A stretch of 64,000 nt of DNA from positions 62,001-126,000 of the forward strand of contig VRMN01000019.1 in assembly GCA_008690995.1 (NCBI GenBank), written 5' to 3'. Shown one piece after another: positions 9,654-22,163 of this stretch. Position 1 is the stretch's first letter; each line of letters starts with the position of its first letter. The position numbers were made by a program, and so were the translations under genes. The notes beneath the pieces were generated by a model. That model was not told the DNA's origin. It was given only the letters and a program-made list of their open reading frames with translations, and ran no database searches. This DNA comes from Porphyridium purpureum (Eukaryota).

Positions 9654-11198
9654 ATGGAAAGGCGGGCAGAAGCGCGCAATGTAGTGGCATCAGCCTTTCG
9701 TGCGTGGCTACGCAGTTCATGGCTGAAAACGTGGCGGGCGACACCGAGCCCTGGCGCGCGTGGTGCGAGCTTGACCGCTCGCTTGCGAGGAGGTCTTGGA
9801 GTTGCTCGTGCGACTGTTCTGTGTTTCTTAATCACTTGTGTTCTGCTTCTGTGTGTGCGGGTGCGATATCACGGTACGCACAAGAATGGCGCCGAGCCGT
9901 CTGCCCATGCGCTCGCGCACGACACGCTTGAATATACAGAGAAGAAAAAGGCTCAGCCCGCATTGATAAAAGTGGCATCAAAGACGAACGTGTCATTGCC
10001 GGCGCCTGGACCTGAACTGGCAGGGCCAGCTTCGTCATGCATGCGGCAATGTTCAACAGGAGCGTTCGAGCGCAACACGATTTATTTGCACCAAGATGAC
10101 AAGAGATTCGGAGATGCCGCGCAGGCTGGGCTTTTGGACAGGATTTCGATGCTTGTGCAAATGTGCAACCTGGCGGGTTACTTGTGCGCCCGGCTGATTG
10201 TGCCGCCACCGCGTGCGTGGCTTTCGCCTAAACACAATCGCGGGCATCGCGTGCATGCGGCGCTGCAGTGGACGGACTTTGTGGAGCTACGCTTTAAAAC
10301 CAACGCTAGTAGCAGCTGTCTCGGGCCTCTGCCGAAACCTGGTCTGTCTAATTCTGGCGGTACAAGGACGAAAGCTGAACTGCAGGTAACCACGACGCGA
10401 GTAGCAGACTTGCGACGCGACTTTGATCGCGTGGAGCAAGCAAGCTTCAAGTCGCACGGCAAAGGTGGGATAGACTGGCATATTGACGTGGCGCCGTTCT
10501 ACAAGTGGGACAAAAGCCTAGAAGCTCACATCGTGGCGGAGCGCGCCGGTCGACCAGACGTGCCGCACTCAATGCTTCCGCAGCTCGCCCCTCGAGCGAA
10601 AGCGCATGGTGGTCTGTGCAAGTACGTTCGCGCTTTGAATGCCGATCCTGTGACGCGTCTTGCGAGAGCAGTGCGAACGGCTATCGTGCACGAGGAGCGT
10701 AAGACAACTCCTCACGCGGCTCGCCCTCGTGTTCGAGGGAAGTACCACATTCGACGCGGCGACGCGGTGCGCGAGTGCGACACATCGGTGCAGCGCATTG
10801 CAAAGTTCATCGAGTGCAGCTTTGGGAACCTGAGCTTGGTGGATGAAATGGACATAACACTCTTGTTCCACAGTGACGAACGCGACGCAAAGTACCGCCA
10901 GGCGATCCGAAAACTATTTGAGCGCACCCTGATTCGCGACAACAGCAAGCTCCGTACAGAGACATTCATTGACTTGGACCACCTAGTCGAGCGCACGCTA
11001 AAGGTTGACCGGGGAAGCGGCATCAAGTTCATGAACAACTACCACATCTTTCTCATCATTGGTGCTTTATCCGAACATGTGGACTTTGAAATAGAGCACC
11101 GCCGCAAGTACAACTGTCGCGACTGCGTGCCTGAGCTTGCGCAGCGCATCCGAGACGCCGCGCGGCGTCGCAGCGCCACAATATCGGACGACTGGTAG
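9654..11198 (+). CDS. Type II membrane protein, putative glycosyltransferase (fucosyltransferase-like)
   Basis: Single N-terminal TM (ATVLCFLITCVLLLCV), a GLLDR motif and an HIRRGD motif resembling GT-B fucosyltransferases; long clean ORF. Function is an inference. Confidence 0.55.
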   Translation: MERRAEARNVVASAFRAWLRSSWLKTWRATPSPGARGASLTARLRGGLGVARATVLCFLITCVLLLCVRVRYHGTHKNGAEPSAHALAHDTLEYTEKKKAQPALIKVASKTNVSLPAPGPELAGPASSCMRQCSTGAFERNTIYLHQDDKRFGDAAQAGLLDRISMLVQMCNLAGYLCARLIVPPPRAWLSPKHNRGHRVHAALQWTDFVELRFKTNASSSCLGPLPKPGLSNSGGTRTKAELQVTTTRVADLRRDFDRVEQASFKSHGKGGIDWHIDVAPFYKWDKSLEAHIVAERAGRPDVPHSMLPQLAPRAKAHGGLCKYVRALNADPVTRLARAVRTAIVHEERKTTPHAARPRVRGKYHIRRGDAVRECDTSVQRIAKFIECSFGNLSLVDEMDITLLFHSDERDAKYRQAIRKLFERTLIRDNSKLRTETFIDLDHLVERTLKVDRGSGIKFMNNYHIFLIIGALSEHVDFEIEHRRKYNCRDCVPELAQRIRDAARRRSATISDDW

Positions 11199-11342
11199 CG
11201 CCAGACCCGAACGCGCTCACCGAGAACACAAACGCGCATCCGTTCCAGCTGTGTACAGTTGCCACAGCGCGGATTCTGAACCCGAGCTCATCGGGGAACG
11301 GCCTCGCTGGCGGATGGCTTGCGCGCGTGGGTGCGGTGCAGG

Positions 11343-12188
11343 ATGATGGAACTGGTGACGATTCCGGCGTCGCATTACTGCGAGAAGGCGCGCTGGGCGC
11401 TGGACGCGTGCGGTCTGAAGTATACGGAAAGCGGGTACGCGCCATTGCTGCACTGGGCCGCGACGCGGCGTCGCTTTGGAACGCGCTTGGTGCCAGTGTT
11501 GGTCGAAACCAGCAAAGAGGGCGGTGAAACACGCGAATCGGTGACGCCGGATAGCTCCGCGATCCTGCAGCGACTGAGTCAGGTACCCGAGCACGAGTGG
11601 CTTTATCCAAACGAGCGCGCAAGAGAGTTGGAAGCTCAGCTTTCTGGTAGGCTGGGCGTTCACACGCGCAAGCTTGCGTACTGCCATGTTCTGACGTCAT
11701 GGAGGCTCGCTTACAAGATACTAGTGGGCCCGCTGACGGGCTTGCAAAAGGTTCTGGCCACGCTGCTGTTTCCGTTGCTTCTGCAAGCGCTTCGCCGAGC
11801 TTTTCAAGTTGGCCCGGCCACCGAGCAACGGAGTTTTGCACTGGTCCGCGAGATGCTCGACGAGGTGTCTGAAATGCTGGGCGACGAACCTGTAGGATCG
11901 AGGTTCCTAGCCGGGCCATGCATGCCGTTCTCTGCAGCCGACATTGCGTTCTGTAGCATGGTGAGCATTGTGGTCATGCCAGAGCCCGAGCAATGGACGT
12001 CTGGCAGGTTCCTGAACAGGTATTGGCTATCGCCAGAATCGACGAGCCGTTTGGAGTCGCTGCGTGCTACAAAAGCTGGCCAGTTTGTGCTGCATTGCTA
12101 CGCAAATTATCGCCTCGTCCGGATCAGCCAGCTTCCAGAAGCAGCACCGGCAAGCGAGCCAGCGCTTTCGACACCGGCCCACCTGTGA
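11343..12188 (+). CDS. Glutathione S-transferase-like protein
   Basis: N-terminal LVTIPASHYCEKARWALD, VPVL and DSSAIL motifs; C-terminal FSAADIAF N-capping motif. Confidence 0.85.
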   Translation: MMELVTIPASHYCEKARWALDACGLKYTESGYAPLLHWAATRRRFGTRLVPVLVETSKEGGETRESVTPDSSAILQRLSQVPEHEWLYPNERARELEAQLSGRLGVHTRKLAYCHVLTSWRLAYKILVGPLTGLQKVLATLLFPLLLQALRRAFQVGPATEQRSFALVREMLDEVSEMLGDEPVGSRFLAGPCMPFSAADIAFCSMVSIVVMPEPEQWTSGRFLNRYWLSPESTSRLESLRATKAGQFVLHCYANYRLVRISQLPEAAPASEPALSTPAHL

Positions 12189-15100
12189 CACTCGTTTCAT
12201 GTGGCTGAACTTGATTCTCTTTTGTCGATCTGCTGGATGCGTGATCATCCGCCCAGGTGCATAGCCGTGCGCCACCGTGACTTTTCGTGAAGGAAAGAGG
12301 AACGCTGTTGGACGAATTTTCTTTGAACGACGGAAAGCCCAAAGCCCCAAGGATAGTGCATCGATGCGTGAAGACCGAACGTGTTGCTGCACGCTGAGTA
12401 CGACTGTGCTGTGAGGGGGAAAAAAAATCAATGCGAGATGACAGATTTACTCGCGGAAACTGTGTGATATGCAGAAAGTTTACCGAACTCGAGCCTTTCG
12501 CAGTTTTTGAGAGCGTTCCCGCGAAGTGCTGCTGCTCTAAGCACAGACTTTTCGTTGACAACCTGTAAAGATCTCAAGTTTACAGTAGTGCATCGCTCAG
12601 GCTGCGCTTGCTAGGCCGCACGCGCCTCGCCGCCTCCGCCAGCACCACGAAACCAAGCATCAAACTCCAGCGTACGCCACCTGTGCATCTTGTCGCGACC
12701 CCGTCAGCGCACGCAGCCAGCCGTTTTCGTTGGTAAAGATGAACCGGTTAGTCGTTTAGCTGTTAATGAGCCGCGGCAGTTTTATCCGGTTTGGCGCTAA
12801 ACTGGGTTCGAAAATTTATGTTGCGACGAGGCTACGAGTCCGCGCGCGCTTTCGCATGCGTGTAGACGAACGAGCGCCTACAGCCTTAAGCTGTTGCTGT
12901 TTGCGGTACCCTTTGGGCATCGTGACGAAAGAATGATGATAGTACCGGCGAACTGCTCGCGTAGAGTAAAGGTAGCAATTGGTACGCAGAAGTCTCCTTT
13001 ACGGACGGATTTGTTTGCTGCTTTGATGCGAACTCCCCTTAACAGAGGGAGAGAGACGGAGTGACGAGGTCTATAGAGTGGAGTGCGCTGGCTTATGTAG
13101 GCTGAGCTGACAAAAGCCTACATAGTCAATACAGGGTGGAAGCACGTAGTGAGTAACAGAGACGCGCTGGCACATTGCAAGAACGGCTCACTAACGACTC
13201 CTAGAACTAAAAATTGTGCTCACTGTGAAAATCAACAAGACGCCAGCTCTGCTCACAAATTACGTTGTAAGCTTCTCCTTGGTCTCTGAAGGGTCTGTGT
13301 CTTGTGTGTCCACCGGGACTCGTTGGTCCGACGACAGTGCGTCTGGCGTTGACAATGCGTGTGTCTCCGACCGAGATGAGTAGATTCCTGGCCAGTTTTC
13401 TCTCCGCAGTGTGACGGCTCTGCTCCGTAAAACACACTCCATACTCCTCTCCCTGTCTGCTCTCATCCCGGCATTTTTTTCGTTCAGATGATATGCTTCT
13501 CTTACGGCACCTGCATTGCTCACCGCTGCAATGTTCTCGAGCAGAGTTCCTCTCGAGACGCTGGCGGTCATCCAGCAAGCAATTGTGCAGAAGATTTTCG
13601 CGAAGGTGCTCGAGTGCAATGCTGTGCGAATTTCAAAACACGCACGAGGGGTTACTGCACCGGAGCGACAGGTCGCGGCACGGGCGCAATGCGCCGACCA
13701 TTGACCGCGAGCGCGACCATACAAGGCGGCATATTTTGAGCGGTTCTAATGCGAAGTAGAAGCGGAAAATTAGAAAAGCAGAATGAAAACAAGAGTTTTA
13801 TTCATCAAGATCGACGTGTTTTCTGTTGAACCTCATCGTTCCCAAAGTTTCACCGTACTCATAGTTAAGAACGGAACGAATGGGCCATCGCGATCGCCAC
13901 TTCCTCGGAAGCAGCCAAGAGTTACAACAGTGATTATTTTTGTTTGAACCTTTCCAAGCGCAAAGGCCGGCATGCGACGCGTAGCATTTTCTGAGGCTCG
14001 CAGCAAGGAAAGAGCTGACGCCTTGGTAAGTGTATCATTCTGAGGCATGATCTTAGGCTATTGAGCTGCATCGGCACGATCTGTTCTTATATACCAGCGA
14101 ATAATGCGCGACTGCGGCTGGTACAATCTTTTTTGGCAGTCCAAGTAAAGATGATCGATGTATTCATGAAGAGTCGAACAATTTACTAGGTAGTTGGTTC
14201 TTGCAGGTTCTATTCGTCTCTCGTTCTCCTTTTTTACCTTCTTGGCTTATCGCTCAAGCAAAGCCAGGTAAGACAAACCATGACATTCACGCGAAACTTC
14301 AACTCCGAAAACTTCGAGGTTTCCACTTTGCACACATGCGTACTCAAACAAACAGCGAGCATGTTGCGGCCCCGCAATAAAAGATAAAACAACGCCAGGC
14401 AAGGAGTTGCACCTCCACGCGAGCGTATCTGTCCGGAAACACTCTTCTGAACAGCATCCAAACTAACTCTCCGCAACTCACACTCAGCGGCTACACCCTG
14501 CCCGAATGGATGAATCCAAGACATTATAAAAGTAGTTTCGTCGCCACAAATCCATGCTGTTCAAATTTCTAACTGTATCGATCCCAGGTTAACTCTACGG
14601 ACTTTATACGTGAGTCCTGGCGCTAAAGAAACCAAGGCGGCCAAAAAAACCTTGCCAGAACTCCGCGGCGCGCCCGCGTTTACCGGGCCTCTTTACACAT
14701 TTGCCCCCACTTATCCGCCCCGTCCGCATGGCGTACGCGAGTCTGCGGCGCTTCGATTTTGACGGCGGCCCTATCCGTAAAGGCTGACGCCCCGAGCCAG
14801 CCTATACGCGCTTCTGCTTGGTCACGACGGTCGTCGTCACGTCACCCTCTTCTGCAGGCCATCTCAAGCTGTCCTGCAACAAATATTCACATCGCTCATG
14901 ATCTGCAGGTCTCCGGACGTTGAGCAAAGTGCTGATTTGCAAAAGTCGACGCGAATTCAACGTTTCGAATCAAACCTTTTCGTCACATTCGTCAGAGCAC
15001 TCGTTGCGTCAAAAACTGTGTTCTTGTTCACGAGAGCCGAAATTTATACTGCCTTTAATGAAAATGGACACATTTGAAACATCAAGAATACCCGTAGGAA

Positions 15101-16969
15101 AAAGTGCTGCCCTTTTCTTCTTCCCCGCCGCATGGCGTGTCTTTTTCCTCTTCTGCCTGTGCCACGCGGTTATTGCCTGTGGCTCCGCCCATACCACATG
15201 AGCCTTCTTCGGAGACGTCCCCTAGCCAGCTACTCCTTTTTCTGACTCTTAAAGCCATGTCATTCGGAAAGCTTTCAGAACACGGCGGGCGACTTTAAAG
15301 TTATTTGAGCGCGTATGGTGCCATATGAGCCGTCGCCTTGCCCACCGCGTGCGGTATACTATTGTGATTACCTCGATTTCTGTCTACAGGAGTAACGTGC
15401 AAGAATGCGAGCTATTCTGGGAACAATACAAGAACGACAAGCCAGACGATATCAGAGCAATGAAGACCATTCTTGCAAGACATTATTCTTCCTTAAGCTG
15501 TCTTTGCCATGTGTGGAAGAGCTGCGCTTGTACATGTTCTGCAGACTTAAATTTCATTTTCAATGCGTGATGTGGAAGTATTTCGCAAGTGACGCGTACG
15601 ACGCATTTCACGCATATCAACAGAAACCCATTGTGATTACCCTCAAGGCAAGCGATACAGGCTGGCCACGCGGCTATTGTGGCCTTCACTTTAGAGTTTC
15701 TTCTGTATATCCTAGAATCCTTCCACTTCATCCAAGAAAAAGTACTCATTGGAATGGAGGAAAAAATCGTTTTCATCACGAGAGGATCATCCGCGTGTTA
15801 AACGTGTCCCCGAACGTCTTTCACTAGCCGTTGTGCTTGGCGTTATTGATACTCATGCGCGTCTTAACTATTGAAGTTATCAAATAGTTACGATTGGCGA
15901 CTGGAGCCGTGCACAAGTGGCTGACGAAGAGCGATTACGTGCGGAGCCTTATGAAGCGGCAAAGGTGGGAGTCAATCGTGGAAAAGGGACATGCACAAGT
16001 GGAGAGGCAACACGCCGGTATGTAGGGTGCGAGATTTGGCGTTCAGGAGGCGGGAGCAGGTGCGAAGAAGTGAGGAAACGGAAAACGTTCGCACCAGAGC
16101 TTGTGCAAAAGGGTTATGTCGACACACTGCTGGCGCTGAAGCCTTCGCGTAGAGTGAGATGATTGCGAGCTAATTGTGAAATGCGTTTTATTCGGTCTGC
16201 CTGTCGGGGCATGTGATGAACATCTTTTGGCCGCGAAGCGACATCGGACTGCAAACGTGCATCTGCCGGCTTCTTTGGTATACGTTGATGGTGCGAGCTG
16301 AACAAACTTTGACTGTTTCAAAATCCCGTTAAGAAGCATAACTGTCTTGTGTGTAAAAGGAGGGTTACGTGGTTTTCGGATCAATCATTTAGGATCGTTC
16401 AATGCTTGGGACTGAAGCAAGGCAAATCGAGCGAGCGGACACGAATACACCGGCTGCTGATCGCTCGGCTTCCTTAGCGGCTGCGGCGAATGTATAGGTG
16501 GTATTCATCGGACGTGTAAATATGCTCCAGGCCTCAATAGCGGCTTTCTCATTTTGTCAGGAACCGGGCTTTTCCGATGTATTTAATCACAACACTTACG
16601 CTGCCTGCTGCTCGGGACATCGACAGACATAAGCTGCTGTCGAGCTCGGTGAACTTTGTCCTGATCGGGATTTGATCTCTCGTCAGCCCCTCCTTGTGTG
16701 CAGCCTTTGAAACGGCCCTCGTCTTCCGGGAGCAAGCAATGGCAAAATAGAGGAGGTCAAACGAGAGCGACGCGGAAGAGATACAGTCCAAAGACTTTCT
16801 TGTACCTAATAGCAGCAAGGAACCCAAATGGCCAACTCCAGCAAGTCAACCACATATTTACGGTACCAAATCCATTGCCTAGCAAGCAGTAGATTCTCCG
16901 GCACGATTCCGGTGTTTCCGATTTACAAAGTCCCGTCGTTCCGGTTTGGTGACAACATTGTCAATGAAG

Positions 16970-17610
16970 TACAGTATTAAACGCTGGACAACTTGTTTTG
17001 CAGTAGACAGCAAGAATCGACGCATCAGAAAAAAAGTAGACTTACAGTGCAAAGCTTCGAAACACGGCTTGACCGACAGATTGTTGCATTTATGGAGAGA
17101 CTGAATGAGTGGCGAAAGCCATCAATCATGAGAGCATGAAACTATGGAGAGTTGTAGAGCGAGACTTGAGAAAAAGAGAAGAGTGAAGAAGATCCAATTC
17201 TGTATGGAAGACAAGAATCAAAGTTACAGTAATTATTAATGTGAGGCCAATCCCTGTTCTCTGAATGTCACAGCTGACGCGAGTTGTACCGCCGAGCAAC
17301 GCATGTGCACGCTACGCGATATGAACGACACACAAGTGTAAAAGAAAGAGAGGAAGAGAATAAAAAGATTCAAAGAAGTACGGTGCGAAAAGCCCCGGAC
17401 AATTGGTTGGAACAATCGCCTGGTGCAGACGCACCCGCTACTGCATTGGGAGGCCTTTGCAACAATCCCTCGCGCTGATGAGCGCGTGTGGCCAGCACTG
17501 GGGGTTCTTCGGTCTTTCACTTTCACCAAAGCTATGAACGACGTTGATGGCAAAAGATGTTTCAAAACTTTTATTCTATTGGAGATATATAATCTTACGA
17601 TGTCTTGATT
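16970..17610 (+). mobile_element. Possible highly decayed hAT transposase remnant
   Basis: Broken frames give IKRWTTCFAV (cf. hAT TRWxS) and GWNNRLVQTHPLLHWEAFATIPRADERVW (cf. hAT dimerisation-domain W..P.L..A..P...ERVFS), inside a gene-free island. Confidence 0.3.
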
Positions 17611-19013
17611 ACGAAGCGCGCGTTATTGCAGTTCAATATCGTGAAGTTGGAAGATGCCGAATCGACACAGACGATTCTTAGTGAATCGGAATTGGACCAT
17701 GCATAAACTTTTGCAGGATACTAACACTGTGACCGATGAAACAACAAAGTTTGCTGGCTGTAATCATTCTTAATTGGAAAAGGCCGTATATGTTTGGGGC
17801 ATAAACACTTCACAACAATTGGAGTATAGGATGTCTTTTGGTAATGTCGAAAAAATAGTCGACGAAATATGTGGAAGGATGAAGGATGGAAAGAAGAAAC
17901 TTGAAGAGAGAATGGATGGGAACCTTGTGAAGAAAGAATGTGTGACATGAATGCAAAGGCATGGTGCAAAGGTTCAAGATATCAGCACTCTATGGTGAAT
18001 GTGCTGAAGAAAAAATGACACCTGTTTGCGAACGCGATAAAAAGACTCTCGGGAACGTCGCGGAGCAATTTTTCGAGGCAGACATGGCTGAACATCGTGT
18101 ACGAATCGAATTGCGCTCAGATTCTGCTTCATGAACTTTAGCGGTGACCGTGAAAACCGGTTTTATGATAAACGTCTAAAGCCAAAAGCAATAGAGGTAG
18201 GTGAGGAAAATAAAGGAAAGTGCGTCATCATGCTTATGGAAAAAAGAGGCGAACAGAATACCAACAAAATTCATCTGCGTCGGCTGAAATGAACCTTTCG
18301 TCCTTTCTTTGCCCCCGTCTAATCGATGTGGCCACGACGGTAGCGATTACCCATTGATTGAAGTTCCAGAAAAGCAAAAAAGCTGCAGAATTTGTAAAAG
18401 GATGGGTGCTTTGGCTTTGTCAAATTCTTGGTTCGACAACTTGTGAACCTAGATACATTGTTTGCTTCATATACTACTCATATGATGACTCAGACTAGCC
18501 CTACAGATGGTGACTGAGGGAAATGCGACGGAAGACAGGTAGAACTATACTATAAGAGCATGCATCCGTGCGACGGGCAGTGGACTGAACAGCGGATAGC
18601 GTCCAGCGTCTCATCGTCGACATGTTGTGACACTGTGAACAGAAAAAAGGCCCGCTCGGTGCTTTGCTTGTTCTTTCGTACGAGAGCGGGGAAAGCTGCC
18701 GGCGCGGAGGTAGTAGCGAGAACTTAGGTTCACATACTTTTGTCGCGAGTTGGTGGAAAAGGAATGCTTGATCTTCCTTCTGAATGGTACAGATGCTCCT
18801 CTCGCGTGCGCCGCGCTACCCAAACGCGCGGCCGGCCCAGCGTTTCGTCGCGAAGAAGTGTACCCACTGTACCGTAACACGAGCACGCGTTGCGCGGGAG
18901 CCTATAAAACCGCGTGCGTTTTAGTATGAAAACGCAGTAGGTGTTGGCGGACGTGCGCGGGTGGTGGCAGAGAGGAGAGAGAGAGAGAAAGAGAGAGAGC
19001 GGGACGGGGCGAG

Positions 19014-19382
19014 ATGGGCGAGGAACGGACGGGTTCATGGCTCGGGGAGCGCGTGCGTGAGACGCGCGAGCGCGTGCAGCACCTCGTAGACACAGCCGCG
19101 GCGCACGCGGGCCGGCCGGCGCACGCGCTGCAGCAGGCGGACGCCAAGGTGGACGAGCAAGTGCATCGCATGGTACAGTCCATGCACGCCGTCCGCACAA
19201 ATATCCCGCCGGTCGTGGCTGTGGGCGCCTTGGCGTTCAGCACGGGCGTGTGGTCCGCGCTGTTTTTCAGGTCCGGGATGCTCCGTGCGGCACAGAATGC
19301 CGCCGCGATGGCGCTCGTGTCCACGCTCGTCCTGTACCCAGACGCCGCCGCGAACCACATTGAGGACTTTCCAAAACCGTGA
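19014..19382 (+). CDS. Small membrane protein (122 aa), weakly resembling MICOS MIC26/27 (ApoO)
   Basis: ATG after a (GA)n tract, coding-like codon usage, helical N-half and two hydrophobic segments ending LVLYP. Confidence 0.5.
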   Translation: MGEERTGSWLGERVRETRERVQHLVDTAAAHAGRPAHALQQADAKVDEQVHRMVQSMHAVRTNIPPVVAVGALAFSTGVWSALFFRSGMLRAAQNAAAMALVSTLVLYPDAAANHIEDFPKP

Positions 19383-19988
19383 TCGCTGAGCGGGCACCGT
19401 TCACGTGTGCCGCGAGCGAGACTTGTGCCCTCGCTTCTGCCTGTGTGTCTGGACAAGCAGTGCTGCACGAGACAGTGGTGGAGCTTCAGACCGGCACGGC
19501 GTTGGCCGATACTCTGCGATTCGTGCTTTTGCTCATGTATAAACACAAGGCATATATATGTATATGGAACTGTTGCTGTTGAGACAGCAGCTCTGCATCC
19601 GCTCATCGCGCCAGGATACCGAACCAGGAATTGTCACGTACGACCAACAGAGCGATGCACAAAGAGAGACACACTCCGAGGTGAAAATACACAGCACAGC
19701 GCTAGGCGAGAACCGCACTGCTTTCTCTGCTCGCGGGCAGCGTCCGCACCCAAACATCTACAGCCCTTCTCGAACCAGCCACTCACGTCCACAGCGCCAC
19801 ACTTGCTCGCACGCGCGGCTAGTCCCCTCCAAGCTGCCATTACATTGCAATGTGAACACGAAAGTATCATTTTGAAGCATCGTTTCATAAGAGAAGTGCC
19901 GCAGCATGTAATGGCAGAGGAATGTTACTTGGCGCGGTGCGCGTGTTCTCAGAAAAGGCGTCAAGAGCGCGTGGTGGTCGAGGAGGTG

Positions 19989-22163
19989 ATGTGCAGCCGC
20001 GCGATGCCAGCGCCGCAGTCTCGCGCGCGCGCGCGCCGGCGCATCCATGAATCTGCGATGGCGGTCCTTGCCTGCTGCATTATCGCCGCCGCGGTCGCGG
20101 GTTTGGCGGTTGCGTCCGCGCCTGACGTGCGACGTGATGGTGCAGCTAGTGATGCTGCTGCCGGCGTGAATCTGGCGAGGAACTTGCACTGCATGCAGGT
20201 CAAGAGAAATATCCTGGCCATGGCGCCCGTCGTGCGATCTGTGGAGCGGTATCTTATGGTTCGCTCAGACGATGATCGCGATGACCACGCGCGCGATCAG
20301 TACGTGCCTTTCCACGTCCTGGTGCCTCCGTCGCATGCACATGCGAGTGCGCAGGGACGTCCGGACACGGCGCAGGTGCTTGACGTGATGGTGGCCATTT
20401 TGGACGCAGCAGAGGCAGACGCCGCGAAGTCGCTCGACCTGGAACGCATCGCTTTGTCGCGACTGCACGTTGCGCAGCTCAATGACAACACGTACGAGGC
20501 ACAGATCCCGCGTGAAGCATTCGAGCGCGCCGCGGACCACGCCATCACCGTGGTCGTAATCCTTGGATACTTGGGTTCTGGGGTTATTATACCCGTTCCG
20601 CAACAGGTCGAGTCGATGCGTGATAAGCACGCGGCGCGAGTCACGCTCAATGCGTACGTGCACGAGCCGTACGGTTGTGCACAGCAGATTTCTACGTTCG
20701 AGATTGTGCGAGCACGTGGCGATACCTCAAGCGGGGTGATCTCAGGTCCTGATACGCATGCGCCTGGACCGCTTTCCGTGGCAGATGACAGCATCACGTT
20801 TGGGCCCTATCGTAACTTGCAGCCTCGTCAGTCGGCCTTCACTCAAGTCACGGTGCGCTACCCTGCCGCGTGGCTTGAGGTTGAAGCGTTTGCCAAGACC
20901 GTGCGTCCCTCGCTGTGGGGATCAATTCGTATGCACGAGGACTTGACAGTCGCCGTGTCAGGAAGCCTCGTCAAGTCTGGCTTTTCGCGTGCCGAGCTTC
21001 TTACGGGCCGCGCATCTTTTGAAAATATGGCCAAGATTATCACGGTGGAACTTCCTCCACGTGCTTCTGCGCTTACGTACAAGGACCGCATCGGCAATAT
21101 CACAACGTCATCGCTTGCAGGCCGCAAGCGATCCGGACATCAGCATTGGGAGCTTGAACTTCGTTTTCCCCTCATTGGGCATTCGCGCAACACTTTTTTC
21201 ATCCATTACGATGTGCCATCGCAGGCTATGATGTTTCGAAGTGCCCAGAACGGCCGGTACATGATGCGGGTGCGTCCGGCGCCTTCTGCTCACCCGATGC
21301 GCCTACTCGTGCGACAAATGGAACTACGCATCGAACTGCCAGTAGGAGCATCGCACATCCAGCTGCATCATGCGCCAGAATATCTCGACGCGGGTAGCAT
21401 CACAATGGAGTACGCCGACACGCAGGGCTTCCTCGCCTTTGCGACTCGCCCCGTGCTTGTCGTGCGTTCAAGCAGAAGCATGGTTGCTGATGAATTCTCC
21501 GCGGTCGATGAGATCGAGATCGAGTTTAGCCTGCCGCCAGGTGCTATGCTCAGGGGCCCGCTGACGCTTTGCGTGACCCTGTTTGCCCTCTTTGGCGGGA
21601 TGGTCGTGACGTATCAATACGTAAGCGAGACATTGCGTGTGCATCCTCAAGACGCAATGGACGAGTGGGCTGACATTAGGCGCACCGCATTTAAAAAGGT
21701 GCTTGCCATGGATCGCACCACGCTGGAAACATGTGCAGACGTGCTCAGCCTAGTCCAAGCCCTCCAGTCGACAAGCACTCCGAGTAGCGCTGGCCGTGGC
21801 GACGGCGACCCCGCAGCGCGTGCGATTGCCGCAGAGCGTTTGATTGCCGCAGAGCGTTTCTCGCGCATGGAAAAGGCACTGGCAGAATTAACCACTTCCG
21901 CAGCTCAGCTCGTTCGCGCCGCAACCAAGCAGTGCCCAGCCCTGCCATCCATGTCCGAACACGAACTTGCGTCCTTTTGCGCGACGGAGCTTGCGCCAAT
22001 CGACATTATGATCAAGCACGTAGCCGCGTTTCGGGCGACGGCGTCCAGCAGCCTCAAGCCAGCAGCAGTGTCTGCGGCATCTGCAGGCGCTCTCGTCGAC
22101 GAGCTGCGCGCGGGCCAGGCGCGCATCGTCGCGTGCTTCGACGCGCTGCTCAACGCGTGCTAG
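19989..22163 (+). CDS. RPN1: Oligosaccharyltransferase subunit 1 (ribophorin I)
   Basis: Signal-like MAVLACCIIAAAVAGLAVASA, motifs FGPY, SLWGSIRMHED, YKDRIGNITTS and LELRFPLIG, C-terminal TM. True start uncertain (ATG 19989 or 20058). Confidence 0.85.
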   Translation: MCSRAMPAPQSRARARRRIHESAMAVLACCIIAAAVAGLAVASAPDVRRDGAASDAAAGVNLARNLHCMQVKRNILAMAPVVRSVERYLMVRSDDDRDDHARDQYVPFHVLVPPSHAHASAQGRPDTAQVLDVMVAILDAAEADAAKSLDLERIALSRLHVAQLNDNTYEAQIPREAFERAADHAITVVVILGYLGSGVIIPVPQQVESMRDKHAARVTLNAYVHEPYGCAQQISTFEIVRARGDTSSGVISGPDTHAPGPLSVADDSITFGPYRNLQPRQSAFTQVTVRYPAAWLEVEAFAKTVRPSLWGSIRMHEDLTVAVSGSLVKSGFSRAELLTGRASFENMAKIITVELPPRASALTYKDRIGNITTSSLAGRKRSGHQHWELELRFPLIGHSRNTFFIHYDVPSQAMMFRSAQNGRYMMRVRPAPSAHPMRLLVRQMELRIELPVGASHIQLHHAPEYLDAGSITMEYADTQGFLAFATRPVLVVRSSRSMVADEFSAVDEIEIEFSLPPGAMLRGPLTLCVTLFALFGGMVVTYQYVSETLRVHPQDAMDEWADIRRTAFKKVLAMDRTTLETCADVLSLVQALQSTSTPSSAGRGDGDPAARAIAAERLIAAERFSRMEKALAELTTSAAQLVRAATKQCPALPSMSEHELASFCATELAPIDIMIKHVAAFRATASSSLKPAAVSAASAGALVDELRAGQARIVACFDALLNAC

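Noticed and set aside
19407..19988. N-terminal extension of the 918-aa ribophorin ORF
   Set aside because: GTG start and non-coding-like composition; the signal peptide appears only after about 20058.
21824..21859. 18-bp tandem duplication in RPN1 (IAAERL/IAAERF)
   Set aside because: In-frame slippage in a poorly conserved tail; ordinary.
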